Shown: positions 1 to 9,222 of the stretch, in pieces
Numbering within the stretch: the stretch's first letter is position 1
How the letters are laid out: the number at the start of each line of letters is the position of its first letter
From: Candidatus Saccharimonadales bacterium
GTDB lineage: Bacteria > Patescibacteriota > WWE3 > UBA101185 > UBA10185
Assembly: GCA_035480775.1 (NCBI GenBank)
Contig: DATIHK010000028.1
Location: 1 to 37,495, forward strand
Direction of reading: 5' to 3'
Length of the DNA stretch: 37,495 nucleotides
Notes under the pieces: generated by a model
Seen by the model: only the letters and a program-made list of their open reading frames with translations
What the model was told of the DNA's origin: nothing
Databases searched by the model: none
Translations under genes and position numbers: made by a program

Positions 1-1488
1 GATCCGAGTCCAGATCATCAACCGTATACTGCTGGTTATTCTTTTGTAACTAGTAAAAACATACTCTCTATTGGTTGTGATAGTAGTTCAAATCAATTTT
101 TCTGTTGGCCAGTTGACTTGTTGACTGCTGTTATTCAGGCAATTACATCTTTTTTTACAACAGGTTGGACGACTCACACAAATAACACCGCAGGCAAAAC
201 TTGCGGAGGTTTCAATCATACTCCTTCAGATAATGAATGTGCTTCGGGTGACATTAATTGCTCTTGTCTTAATGGAGTCATTACTGAAGATCCACAAACA
301 CTTAGACTTTCGTGTAGCGATCCTAACGGTTGGCATAAAACCCAAGTTTGGATTCAACAATATACCTGCTCAGGTGTAGTACAAACTAAACCTTTTATTG
401 TCGACAATAAACTTCCACTACCTATAAAAGGATTGGCAACAGGAATGCAAAATTTTTGTTTGGCACTTGGTATGGGGCCAGATGATGATAATACCGGTGC
501 ATTGGCTGGAGGTTCTATAGACGTTAATGCCACAAATCAAGCTAGTTTTAAAGAAGGCTTTGGTAGCGATGTAATCTGGGGTGAAGACATGAGTTATATA
601 GTTGACAAGTTTTGTTACAACGCCGAAGGTGATCCGGTTTTCGGTGGCCCAGTTTTTAAAGAACGCAATTTGTCTCAAGGTATCAGAAAAGCCCCTATAG
701 TTCCGGCTGAAGTCGGTGCTTGTTATTTGGGACGTACCGATGGAGGCTACGGAGAAATAACTGGCAGTTTGCCTGATTATTTAGTACAGATTTTGGAGCG
801 GGCAGCATTTGTAAACGACATTCCGGCGGCTCTTATGGTGTCGTACCTATATACAGAAGGCGCTTTCCATAAATATCCAGAATTATTTGACGATGGAGCT
901 GTAATGGCAGGAAGTGCTGAGGGGGCTACGTTTGGTAACTGCGATCCTACGGCTGCTAGTGCTCAAGGTCCATTTGACTGGTTAGATGCATATTGGAAAC
1001 CTCCTATTTCTGACGCAGTTAAAGATGACTTTCCAAATAGAACCCCATTTAGATGTAACTTGCTAGATCAAGCTTATGCTACGGCTAAGAGACTAGCCCA
1101 ATCAGCACAAGGTGCCGGTAGTTATGGACATAATGACTGCGTTGGAGGTGTAAACTGTAATAAATGTTACGGTTTTGAGTATTCAAGTACTCGTGGATCT
1201 TGTGAACATTGGACTATACAAAATACTATATCAGCTTCCAGAGGAATTGCTGGTTTTTGTTGGGATAACCAGTTTTCTGCTGCAGGTGGAGGAAATTATG
1301 CTAATCCAGATTGTTCTCATAAAGATCCTACAACCGGCCAGAGAGTAACTACGACCCCAGATCTTTGTCGCGAAACTTACCAAAATTGTTCAACAGGCTT
1401 GAATGCACACGATCCACCCAACTACTGCTCGAGTCTTCAGTACAGCTTTAACAATATCTTTGAGAGATACAAAAACCCAGCACAATAA
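1..1488 (+). CDS. Cysteine-rich extracellular protein, 5'-truncated by the window edge
   Basis: Frame 1 has no stop codon from nt 1 to 117. The track ORF 118..1488 (TTG start) is therefore probably the tail of a longer CDS. There are 22 Cys in the 495 visible codons and no TM segment. A weak lysozyme/SLT-like stretch is present (YTEGAF ... AQGPFDW). Function unknown. Confidence 0.6.
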   Translation, partial: DPSPDHQPYTAGYSFVTSKNILSIGCDSSSNQFFCWPVDLLTAVIQAITSFFTTGWTTHTNNTAGKTCGGFNHTPSDNECASGDINCSCLNGVITEDPQTLRLSCSDPNGWHKTQVWIQQYTCSGVVQTKPFIVDNKLPLPIKGLATGMQNFCLALGMGPDDDNTGALAGGSIDVNATNQASFKEGFGSDVIWGEDMSYIVDKFCYNAEGDPVFGGPVFKERNLSQGIRKAPIVPAEVGACYLGRTDGGYGEITGSLPDYLVQILERAAFVNDIPAALMVSYLYTEGAFHKYPELFDDGAVMAGSAEGATFGNCDPTAASAQGPFDWLDAYWKPPISDAVKDDFPNRTPFRCNLLDQAYATAKRLAQSAQGAGSYGHNDCVGGVNCNKCYGFEYSSTRGSCEHWTIQNTISASRGIAGFCWDNQFSAAGGGNYANPDCSHKDPTTGQRVTTTPDLCRETYQNCSTGLNAHDPPNYCSSLQYSFNNIFERYKNPAQ

Positions 1489-1491
1489 ACT

Positions 1492-1520
1492 TTGACAAAG
1501 CCGAACATATAGATTAGTAT
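1492..1520 (+). promoter_or_regulatory. Sigma70-type promoter TTGACA-17-TAGTAT, positioned for a leaderless start of the ArsR/suf operon
   Basis: TTGACA at 1492-1497, a 17-nt spacer, TAGTAT at 1515-1520, then 6 nt to the GTG at 1527. There is no SD sequence in between. Confidence 0.45.
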
Positions 1521-1526
1521 CTATGC

Positions 1527-1832
1527 GTGCTCGATTCCGACTCAAAAAAACAAAATACCGCACTTTGTACAACCTGTTTTAAATCACTGGGAATTCCGTC
1601 GTGCATGAAAATTTATCAATATATAAAAAAGCACGGAGCTACTTCGGTAACAATACTTACTAAAATTTCCAACTTAACTCAACCGACTGTTTCGTATCAT
1701 CTTAAAGAAATGAAAATAGATGGATTATTAAGTAGCCAAAAGCACGGCAAAGAAGTTTTATATAGTATCAATCCGTATTGCAATATTTATAAGAGAGAGT
1801 GTGTTTTAAATTCAGTCGAGATTCCAGCTTAA
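1527..1832 (+). CDS. ArsR/SmtB-family winged-helix transcriptional regulator (candidate suf operon regulator)
   Basis: HTH segment SVTILTKISNLTQPTVSYHLKEMKIDGLL is typical of ArsR. An N-terminal Cys cluster (ALCTTCF..PSC) is present. The stop overlaps the sufC ATG (TAATG at 1830-1834). The GTG start is uncertain. Confidence 0.75.
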   Translation: MLDSDSKKQNTALCTTCFKSLGIPSCMKIYQYIKKHGATSVTILTKISNLTQPTVSYHLKEMKIDGLLSSQKHGKEVLYSINPYCNIYKRECVLNSVEIPA

Positions 1833-2575
1833 TGTTAAAAGTTAAAAATCTACACGTAAATATTGGTGATAAAGAAATTCTTAAAGGAGTAGATTTAGAA
1901 TTTGCTCCCAATAAAGTTTACGCTCTGATGGGGCAAAACGGTTCTGGAAAAAGTACTTTGGCACAAGCTTTAATGGGACACCCACAATATCTTGTAACAA
2001 GTGGAAGTGTTGTATTTGGCGGCAAAAATTTACTGGAACTAGATCCAACTTCTCGTGGTCGCGAAGGAATATTTTTGTCTTTTCAATATCCCAGTGAAAT
2101 TCCTGGAGTTACGATTTCGAGCTTTTTGCGAATGATTTACAACAAAAGCCACAACACAAATATGACCCCAGTAAATTTCCGCAAATTACTAAAAGAAAAA
2201 ATGGAAATGCTCGATATCAAAGAAGATTTTATGAACCGCTATTTAAACGATGGATTTTCTGGAGGCGAAAAAAAGCGAATGGAAATGTTACAGATGTTGG
2301 TTTTAGAACCAAAATTGGCGATTCTCGACGAGACCGATAGTGGACTAGATATAGATGCTCTAAATATTGTTGCCAAAGCGGTAAACAGTCTTAAAGACCA
2401 GACTAAAATGACAGTTTTAATAATTACTCACTACACACGAATTTTAGAACATATTGTTCCAGACGAAGTTTTGGTTATGCAAGATGGGCAAATTGTTAAG
2501 AAAGGCGGAAAAGAACTCGCGCATGAACTTGAAGCAAAAGGTTATGCTGAGTACGCTCCGGTGGTAAATGGGTAA
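1832..2575 (+). CDS. sufC: Fe-S cluster assembly ATPase SufC
   Basis: Walker [13 protein letters not shown] signature FSGGEKKR, and Walker [14 protein letters not shown] chose the internal ATG at 1832 (MLKVKNLHV...) over the track start at 1799. Confidence 0.93.
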   Translation: MLKVKNLHVNIGDKEILKGVDLEFAPNKVYALMGQNGSGKSTLAQALMGHPQYLVTSGSVVFGGKNLLELDPTSRGREGIFLSFQYPSEIPGVTISSFLRMIYNKSHNTNMTPVNFRKLLKEKMEMLDIKEDFMNRYLNDGFSGGEKKRMEMLQMLVLEPKLAILDETDSGLDIDALNIVAKAVNSLKDQTKMTVLIITHYTRILEHIVPDEVLVMQDGQIVKKGGKELAHELEAKGYAEYAPVVNG

Positions 2576-4007
2576 AAAACTTAACGATATACATTCCGAC
2601 AAAAAAAAGTCGACGATAGAAGTTAACGCGAACTACGAAAACACTTACGGTTTTAATGTTAAATCTACGCCAGTTTTTAAAGCTCAAAAAGGATTAAACG
2701 AAGACATCGTAGCCCAAATTTCTGACATGAAACACGAACCAGTTTGGATGAAAGAATTTCGTCTGCGCGCCTATAAGACCTTTTTAGAAAAACCGATGCC
2801 AACTTGGGGTGGAGATTTAAGCAAAATCGACTTTAACAATATTTTTTATTATCTAAAACCATCTAACAAAGAAGAAAAAACTTGGGATGATGTTCCTAGC
2901 GAAATCAAAGAAACTTTTGACCGACTCGGAATTCCACAAGCCGAAAAAGAATATTTAGCCGGAGTAAAAGCTCAATTCGATAGCGAAGTCGTTTACGGAA
3001 CTTTACAAGCCGAGCTTCAAGAACAAGGAGTTATCTTTTTAGGAACTGACGACGCGCTCAAAAAGTATCCACACTTTTTCGAAGAATATTTTGGAAAAAT
3101 AATTCCTCCAACTGACAATAAATTTGCAGCGCTTAACAGTGCAGTTTGGTCGGGCGGATCTTTTGTTTATATTCCAAAAGGAGTTCATTTAAAGAGACCA
3201 CTGCAAGCTTATTTTAGAATTAATGCCGAAAACATGGGTCAGTTTGAACGCACTTTAATTATTGTTGATGAAGGGGCTTACGCCCATTATGTCGAAGGTT
3301 GCACAGCTCCGGTTTATTCTGCCGATTCTTTGCATTCAGCAGTGGTCGAAGTAATAGTTAAACCAGGAGCAAGATTTAGATATACAACAATTCAAAATTG
3401 GTCGAACGATGTTTATAATCTGGTAACTAAACGCGCCCGCGTCGAAAAAGACGGAATTATGGAATGGATCGATGGGAACTTAGGATCACGTTTAACTATG
3501 AAATATCCATCGTGCTTTTTGGTAGGCGAACGAGCTCATGGCGAAGTTTTATCTATTGCCTACGCCGGAAAAGGCCAACACCAAGATGCCGGAGCCAAAA
3601 TGATTCATATCGCGCCTAATACAACTTCCACAATTATTTCTAAATCGGTTAGTGTGCATGGTGGACGCACAAGTTATCGTGGAAAAGTTCAAGTCATTCC
3701 AGCAGCCAAAAATGCCAAGTCACGTGTTGAATGTGACGCTTTAATTTTAGATGAGGATTCACGATCTGATACTTATCCAACCATGGTAATTAATGAGCCA
3801 GGTGCCAATATCGAACACGAAGCCACAGTCAGTAAAATAGGCGAAGAAAAATTATTTTATTTGATGTCGCGCGGACTTACCGAAGCTGAGGCGATGAGTT
3901 TAATTGTTTCGGGATTTATCGAGCCAATCGTCAAAGAACTTCCGCTAGAATATTCTTTAGAATTGAATCGCCTTATAGAGTTGGAAATGGAAGGCTCTGT
4001 CGGATGA
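2568..4007 (+). CDS. sufB: Fe-S cluster assembly scaffold SufB
   Basis: 479 aa with SufB hallmarks ([23 protein letters not shown]; C-terminal [13 protein letters not shown]). It overlaps sufC by 8 nt and sufD by ATGA. Confidence 0.95.
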   Translation: MGKKLNDIHSDKKKSTIEVNANYENTYGFNVKSTPVFKAQKGLNEDIVAQISDMKHEPVWMKEFRLRAYKTFLEKPMPTWGGDLSKIDFNNIFYYLKPSNKEEKTWDDVPSEIKETFDRLGIPQAEKEYLAGVKAQFDSEVVYGTLQAELQEQGVIFLGTDDALKKYPHFFEEYFGKIIPPTDNKFAALNSAVWSGGSFVYIPKGVHLKRPLQAYFRINAENMGQFERTLIIVDEGAYAHYVEGCTAPVYSADSLHSAVVEVIVKPGARFRYTTIQNWSNDVYNLVTKRARVEKDGIMEWIDGNLGSRLTMKYPSCFLVGERAHGEVLSIAYAGKGQHQDAGAKMIHIAPNTTSTIISKSVSVHGGRTSYRGKVQVIPAAKNAKSRVECDALILDEDSRSDTYPTMVINEPGANIEHEATVSKIGEEKLFYLMSRGLTEAEAMSLIVSGFIEPIVKELPLEYSLELNRLIELEMEGSVG

Positions 4008-4588
4008 AAACTCAATTAGTTACACTGGCCGAAAATACTGAAGTTAAAGTTACTGAAGACACCCAATTTGTTTTGCAATTTCCAGCTATGGCAGGTGAAA
4101 AATATTCGCTAAATGTAATTTTTGAAAAACCAGGAGTTTCGGGGGAAATTATCGGAATTTACTCTTTAAAAAAAGACCAAAGCGTAGATTTAACAACTAT
4201 TTCCACCCACAAAGCTCCTCATACAACTTGTTTTACCAGAATCAAAGGAGCTTTATACGACAACGCCAAATCAAGTTATACCGGAAAAATTATTATCGAA
4301 AAACCAGCACAACAAACCCAATCGTTTTTAGAAGATAACATTTTGGTTTTAGGAAACGAAACTTTAAATACTTCGCAGCCAATTTTGGAAATCGAAGCCG
4401 ACGATGTCAAAGCCTCGCACGGTTCTACAACCGGACGTATCAATGAAGAGCAAGTTTATTATTTAGAAAGTCGTGGACTAGATAAAACCGAAGCACAAAC
4501 TTTAATTGTAGATGGTTTTTTTGAGAGTTTAGTAAATAAAATCGAGGACGCCACCGTTGCCGAAGCAATCAGAAGCGCCCTCGTATAA
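4004..4588 (+). CDS. sufD: Short SufD-like Fe-S assembly protein
   Basis: The C-terminal SufB/D core is present ([31 protein letters not shown]). It is only 194 aa, so the usual long N-terminal beta-helix part is missing. Confidence 0.75.
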   Translation: MKTQLVTLAENTEVKVTEDTQFVLQFPAMAGEKYSLNVIFEKPGVSGEIIGIYSLKKDQSVDLTTISTHKAPHTTCFTRIKGALYDNAKSSYTGKIIIEKPAQQTQSFLEDNILVLGNETLNTSQPILEIEADDVKASHGSTTGRINEEQVYYLESRGLDKTEAQTLIVDGFFESLVNKIEDATVAEAIRSALV

Positions 4589-4590
4589 AT

Positions 4591-5820
4591 ATGAAACAAA
4601 TAGATGTTACAAAACTAAAAAATGACTTTCCAATACTCTCGCGAAAAATCGAGGGAAATAACCTTGTCTATTTAGACAATGCTGCAACTTCTCAAAAACC
4701 TCAAGCAGTTTTAGATGCAATTGTGGAATATTACAGTAAGCACAATGCTAATGTGCATCGTGGCGCTCACGTATTGGGCGATGAAGCCACACAAGCATAC
4801 GAAGATTCTCGCAAAAAAGTTGCTGAATTTATTGGCGCACGTTTACCTAAAGAAATAGTTTTTACTAAAAATTCCACTGATTCTCTAAATCAGGTTGCTT
4901 CTGGATTTGCTTCTCGCATTTTAAAAAGAGGAGGTGTGATTTTAACTACCGGTGCTGAACACAATAGCAATTTATTACCTTGGCTGTCAGTAGCCAAACA
5001 AACTGGTGCAAAAGTAGAATTTTTAACTTTAGATGAAAGCGGCGAACTTTCTATGAACGAACTCCGCGCCAAATTAAACGACAAAGTTAAATTAGTAGTG
5101 GTTTTTCACGCTTCCAATGTTTTAGGAACCATTTTAGATATTAAATCAATTTGTTCATTGGCACACGAAGTAGGTGCAAAAGTTGTAGTCGACGGTTCAC
5201 AAGCAATTCCACATTTACCAATCAACGTTCAGAGTTTAGGATGCGATTTTTACGCATTTTCCGGACACAAAATGTTGGGGCCAATGGGAATTGGCGTTTT
5301 ATGGGGTCGCGAAGAACTTTTAGAACAAATGTCACCGGTAAATTTAGGTGGCGGAATGATTTTGGAATTTGACCTTGAAGATCCAAAGTGGCTAGAAGTC
5401 CCTGAAAAATTTGAAGCTGGAACTCCTAATGTTGAAGGAGCAGTTGGACTTGCTGCAGCAATCGATTATTTAAATTCAATTGGAATGCAAAATATTCGCG
5501 AACACGAAATTGCTTTAAGTAAGTATGCAATCGAAAAACTGGCAACAATTCCCAATCTTACAATTTTAGGTCCTACAGATCCAACAAAAAGAACTGGCTT
5601 AGTATCATTTGTAATCAAAGATATTCATGCACACGACATCGCTGCAGTTTTAAGTCAGCAAGGAATTTGCGTTCGCTCTGGAATGCATTGTGCTATGAAA
5701 TTCCATAAAGATTTAAATTTGGCAGCTTCGACACGCGCTAGTTATTATTTGTATAATGACACTTCAGATATCGATGCATTAGTTGATGGAGTAAGAAAGG
5801 CTTTGCAAATTCTTAAATGA
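4591..5820 (+). CDS. sufS: Cysteine desulfurase SufS (class V aminotransferase)
   Basis: PLP lysine motif FSGHKMLGP and active-site loop VRSGMHCA. 409 aa, in suf context. Confidence 0.93.
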   Translation: MKQIDVTKLKNDFPILSRKIEGNNLVYLDNAATSQKPQAVLDAIVEYYSKHNANVHRGAHVLGDEATQAYEDSRKKVAEFIGARLPKEIVFTKNSTDSLNQVASGFASRILKRGGVILTTGAEHNSNLLPWLSVAKQTGAKVEFLTLDESGELSMNELRAKLNDKVKLVVVFHASNVLGTILDIKSICSLAHEVGAKVVVDGSQAIPHLPINVQSLGCDFYAFSGHKMLGPMGIGVLWGREELLEQMSPVNLGGGMILEFDLEDPKWLEVPEKFEAGTPNVEGAVGLAAAIDYLNSIGMQNIREHEIALSKYAIEKLATIPNLTILGPTDPTKRTGLVSFVIKDIHAHDIAAVLSQQGICVRSGMHCAMKFHKDLNLAASTRASYYLYNDTSDIDALVDGVRKALQILK

Positions 5821-6218
5821 CATCAAACGACGACAATTTTTATCGCGAAGAATTAATGGAAATTTACAAAAATCCTGCTAATAAGGGGAGTTTAGCCAAT
5901 CCAACAGTGCATGTTCACGAAACTAATCCCATGTGCGGAGATGTAATAGATTTGGATTTAGATATTAAAGATAATCAAGTAGTTAATGCAAAATTTAACG
6001 GAGACACATGTGCCGTCAGTGCAGTTTCAGCCGAGCTTTTATTAGAAGAAATTAAAGGCAAATCTCTTGCAGAAATTAATCAAATTGATAAAGAAAAATT
6101 GTTAAATTTAATTGGTATCACTCTTACGACAAGTCGTATAAAGTGTGCTACATTGTCTTTGGAAGCGCTCCAAAAGGCATTAAAGACTTATGAAGAAACA
6201 ACTAAAAACAGAAACTAA
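5817..6218 (+). CDS. sufU: SufU/IscU-like sulfur acceptor (NifU N-terminal domain)
   Basis: Conserved ligands NPMCGD, GDTCAVS and IKCATLS. ATGA overlap with sufS. Confidence 0.85.
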   Translation: MTSNDDNFYREELMEIYKNPANKGSLANPTVHVHETNPMCGDVIDLDLDIKDNQVVNAKFNGDTCAVSAVSAELLLEEIKGKSLAEINQIDKEKLLNLIGITLTTSRIKCATLSLEALQKALKTYEETTKNRN

Positions 6219-6447
6219 AATTACATCTACTACTGCCAAAATTCGCAAAGATATGAACCTCGCTGAGGTTGTATTTAAATATCCAAAACTTGCCGAAGTT
6301 TTGTTAGATTATGGATTACATTGTGTAGGTTGTGCAGCTAATAGTTTTGATACAATAGAGATGGGTTCTAGAGTGCATGGCATGACCGACGAAGAAATTA
6401 ATGATATGGTAGTACGCTTAAACGAAGTAGTTGATTTCAAGGAATAA
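6190..6447 (+). CDS. DUF1858 / hybrid-cluster-protein-associated redox disulfide domain protein
   Basis: KDMNLAEVVFKYPKLAEVLLDYGLHCVGCAANSFDTIE matches the DUF1858 pattern with a CxxC. The start is either 6190 (29-nt overlap with sufU) or the ATG at 6253. Confidence 0.7.
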   Translation: MKKQLKTETKITSTTAKIRKDMNLAEVVFKYPKLAEVLLDYGLHCVGCAANSFDTIEMGSRVHGMTDEEINDMVVRLNEVVDFKE

Positions 6448-6456
6448 TGCTTACGC

Positions 6457-6491
6457 ATTCTTCCTTGCGCGCTTCGCGCTAAAGGAATAAT
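6457..6491 (+). terminator. GC-cored hairpin between the DUF1858 and ferredoxin genes (weak terminator or attenuator)
   Basis: ttcctt-gcgcg-ctt-cgcgc-(ta)-aaggaa. The downstream T tract is poor (tgttgttct). Confidence 0.3.
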
Positions 6492-6505
6492 TGTTGTTCT
6501 AAAGA

Positions 6506-6739
6506 ATGAAAAAAATTCACAAAATAATGATTGATAGAAAAGCTTGTATTGGTGCTGCTACTTGTATTGTAGTTGCTCCGCAGGGATTTGAACTTGATAA
6601 CGAAAATATTGCTATTACCAAGCCTGGGGCTGAAGGTCTTGATGACGATACTTTACTAATGGCAGCACAGTCTTGCCCAACCTCGGCGATAATTTTGTTT
6701 GACGAAAATGGCGAGCAAATTTTTCCAAAGAAAGCATGA
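6506..6739 (+). CDS. Small single-cluster ferredoxin
   Basis: CIGAATC ... SCP motif arrangement typical of about 8 kDa [3Fe-4S]/[4Fe-4S] ferredoxins. 77 aa. Confidence 0.8.
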   Translation: MKKIHKIMIDRKACIGAATCIVVAPQGFELDNENIAITKPGAEGLDDDTLLMAAQSCPTSAIILFDENGEQIFPKKA

Positions 6740-6751
6740 TAAAATAAAAAT

Positions 6752-7099
6752 ATGAGTTACCAAATAACTTCTGATAACATTGATCTTTCTCCTAGTATGA
6801 CAGAGTTGGCAAAAGAGAAACTTTCACGAATCGAAGGTCACTTACCAGATTATATGGTAGAGACGAGTTCATTTAGAGTTGTAATGAATACTTCCCCTGT
6901 TGAACAATTTAGTGTTAAAATAGAAGCAGTGATTCATGGCAAAACTTTTTTTGCCGATGAAACTCGGGGAACTTTAGAGCCCGCCCTAGTTTCTGCTACT
7001 GAAGATCTCGATCGTCAAATAGAGCGCCATCTTAAAAAAGAAAAGACAGACGATTGGGAAAAGCAAAGAGAACAAAAAAGATCAGAACCTGAAGAATAA
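6752..7099 (+). CDS. hpf: Ribosome hibernation promoting factor (HPF/RaiA family)
   Basis: The N-terminus ITSDNIDLSPSMTELAKEKLSRIE is the typical sigma54-modulation/HPF fold signature. 115 aa. Confidence 0.85.
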   Translation: MSYQITSDNIDLSPSMTELAKEKLSRIEGHLPDYMVETSSFRVVMNTSPVEQFSVKIEAVIHGKTFFADETRGTLEPALVSATEDLDRQIERHLKKEKTDDWEKQREQKRSEPEE

Positions 7100-7100
7100 T

Positions 7101-7484
7101 ATGGAATTTACTGCTCAGAACGAAAAAAATAAGAAACTCGAAATTGTACTCGCGACTGTATTCAGCTTGTTATTTTTAGTTCTTGCAGCAGCTTTAGCAG
7201 GATATTCTTACTTTAAGTTTTATTCACCAGTAAAATTAGTATCGTTTTCGCGTCCTGACAGTTCAACTGTTGTAGTAAATATTACTTCTGCAACTCCGGT
7301 AAAGACAAAAGTAGAATATGGAACTTCTGATTTATACTTAAATGCCACTGATGCGGACGAAGCTTTTCAAACTACTCAGTCTCATACTATCTGGGGTTTA
7401 CTTCCAGGAAAAACTCACTTTTTTAGAGTTATTGCCAAAGATTCTGATGGCAAGACTTACTTTACTAAGTTTTATCAATACTAA
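7101..7484 (+). CDS. Membrane-anchored FN3-like / purple-acid-phosphatase-N-like domain protein
   Basis: N-terminal TM helix (LEIVLATVFSLLFLVLAAALAGY). Followed by VEYGTS...SHTIWGLLPGKTHFFRV, an FN3-like pattern. Confidence 0.6.
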   Translation: MEFTAQNEKNKKLEIVLATVFSLLFLVLAAALAGYSYFKFYSPVKLVSFSRPDSSTVVVNITSATPVKTKVEYGTSDLYLNATDADEAFQTTQSHTIWGLLPGKTHFFRVIAKDSDGKTYFTKFYQY

Positions 7485-7569
7485 ATTTTATATGTTAGAA
7501 TCTGGTTGCTTGCGTTTAGGGGGCACACTCCGGCAGCGTGTGCTTCGCACGATTGTACGCTGCCTGCGT

Positions 7570-7646
7570 GGGTGTTTAGCTCAGCTGGTTAGAGCAGACG
7601 TCTTATACACGTCCGGTCCCTGGTTCGAATCCAGGAACACCCACCA
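7570..7646 (+). tRNA. tRNA-Ile with anticodon UAU
   Basis: Hand-folded cloverleaf. Acceptor GGGTGTT/AACACCC, D stem GCTC/GAGC, anticodon stem GACGT/ACGTC with loop CTTATAC (anticodon TAT). T arm CCTGG-TTCGAAT-CCAGG, discriminator A and an encoded CCA. Confidence 0.9.
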
Positions 7647-7705
7647 TAAATTTAAATTGACCATTTTTCATTATTAACGTATATTTTGTTTTAATCAATC
7701 CAACA

Positions 7706-8146
7706 ATGGAGGTTCGGATAATGCCAAACGCATTGGTTATTATTCTCATTTTTTTCTTTTGGATATTGAGTCTGCTAGGAGCTTTACTGGCAAATAGATT
7801 GAATGTTTGGGGAGTTACAACCGGTGTTTTTCAGATGCAGCATCTGGCTTTGAAAAGGATGGCGCTATTTTTATTAATTATTTTAACCCCATTCTTTTTT
7901 TGGCTCTGGCTATTTTTGCAATTCAACAACTGGATTTTTCCGCTTCCTGCTGATGCAAATAAGTACTGGTTTCAAACTTACAGCGGCTGGATATCGATAT
8001 CAGTGAGTTTTTATTTTGGCCTAGGTTTCGGATTTTATATTGCGATATTCGGTTTACATCAAGTTCCTTGGTACACAGCTGGGGGGTTTATGCTTTTTGC
8101 AATCGCTATGATTGTATTATGGGATAGAACTTTTGGACGTAAATAA
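7706..8146 (+). CDS. Polytopic membrane protein, unknown function
   Basis: About 4 hydrophobic helices. The likely true start is the ATG at 7721, preceded by GGAGG at 7708-7712, which is unusual for core genes in this window. Confidence 0.6.
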   Translation: MEVRIMPNALVIILIFFFWILSLLGALLANRLNVWGVTTGVFQMQHLALKRMALFLLIILTPFFFWLWLFLQFNNWIFPLPADANKYWFQTYSGWISISVSFYFGLGFGFYIAIFGLHQVPWYTAGGFMLFAIAMIVLWDRTFGRK

Positions 8147-8149
8147 AAA

Positions 8150-8190
8150 CAAGGCCGCTGGTTCTCACTTTTGAGATGCCATAGGCCTTG
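8150..8190 (-). terminator. Hairpin terminator between convergent genes (best oriented for the recombinase gene)
   Basis: Stem caaggcc (8150-8156) pairs with ggccttg (8184-8190), with an inner hairpin tctca-cttt-tgaga. On the minus strand it is followed by TTTTTATTT. Confidence 0.55.
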
Positions 8191-8215
8191 CTTCATTATT
8201 TGTCTATTTTACAGT

Positions 8216-9091
8216 TTATAAAACACCAAGTTCAGACTTTTCTTCTTCACCATTGCGTTCTATATATTGCAAATATCGTTCAGTTGTAGAAATTCTTTTG
8301 TGACCAGCAATTTTTGAAACTTGCAATAAACTGGCACCTTGAGCTAAGTGATGGGCAACAAAAGTGTGGCGTAAGTCGTTTACTTTTGCGTGTTCAACTC
8401 CGGCTAATTTAAAATATCGGTCGATGGTTGATCGAATGTTTCGTACTAACAATGCTTTTCCTGTTTTAGTTATAAACAAATATTCACTTTTTTTATCTTT
8501 TGGTCGATCATTGTCCATATACTTTTTAATTCCATCAATAGCAGCTTTATTTAATGGAACTGTTCTAAAGTCTTTGCTTTGTTTTTTTGGAATATAAAGT
8601 GATCCTGGTTCTTTTGTAATATCCATGTTTTCAATTTTAATATCAGCAAGTTCTGAAATTGTTAAGCCAGTTTGTAAAAGAGTTTCAATTATTGCAAATG
8701 TTCTAGAATCATCTTTAGCAGCATCTCTCAAAGCTCGGTATTCTAGTTTTGATAAAATTCGTGGAGCTTTTAAATCGACTTTAGGGTGTTTTAATTGATC
8801 AGCGACATTACTTTGAATATGTCCTTTGTCGACCAAAAATTTAAAAAATGTTTTTGTTGAGTTGGTTTTTCTTGAGATTGATTTTGGAGTATAACTTTCA
8901 TTGGCTAACTTAGCCATGAATTCTTCAAGGTGTGCAAGCTCGATTTCGTGTACCAAATTAACTCCCTTTTTTGAAAGGAAGTCGGTTAATTGCTCTATAT
9001 CTTTACCGTAGGCGATAAGTGTTGAGCTTGATCTGCCTTCGTTTTCTAAGTGTTTTACAAAGCTCTTTTGAGCTATTTCAAGTTTAATCAT
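8216..9091 (-). CDS. Tyrosine recombinase (XerC/XerD / phage-integrase family)
   Basis: N-terminal SAM-like core-binding domain. The C-terminal catalytic region has LRHTFVAHHL ... GHKRISTTERYLQ (R..HxxR..Y). Confidence 0.85.
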   Translation of the reverse strand: MIKLEIAQKSFVKHLENEGRSSSTLIAYGKDIEQLTDFLSKKGVNLVHEIELAHLEEFMAKLANESYTPKSISRKTNSTKTFFKFLVDKGHIQSNVADQLKHPKVDLKAPRILSKLEYRALRDAAKDDSRTFAIIETLLQTGLTISELADIKIENMDITKEPGSLYIPKKQSKDFRTVPLNKAAIDGIKKYMDNDRPKDKKSEYLFITKTGKALLVRNIRSTIDRYFKLAGVEHAKVNDLRHTFVAHHLAQGASLLQVSKIAGHKRISTTERYLQYIERNGEEEKSELGVL

Positions 9092-9222
9092 AAATATTCA
9101 ATTTCTTTCTAGGGGCATGGAACCAACCATATTATATGCTATTTGCGCGGTTAAGGCAAATCCTATAGGTCAGGTTAACATCAAGCTTGATATTAGTCAA
9201 CGATTTGTTTACAATAGCCATA

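Noticed and set aside
1523-1582. An ATG at 1523 as an alternative start for the first gene of the suf operon.
   Set aside because: It opens a different frame that terminates after 19 codons (MRARFRLKKTKYRTLYNLF) and contains no ArsR domain. The GTG at 1527 keeps the wHTH frame.
7342-7677. A 111-aa track ORF spanning the tRNA-Ile region.
   Set aside because: It overlaps the end of the FN3-like gene and the entire tRNA-Ile gene. Its open reading frame is explained by the GC-rich tRNA and leader sequence.
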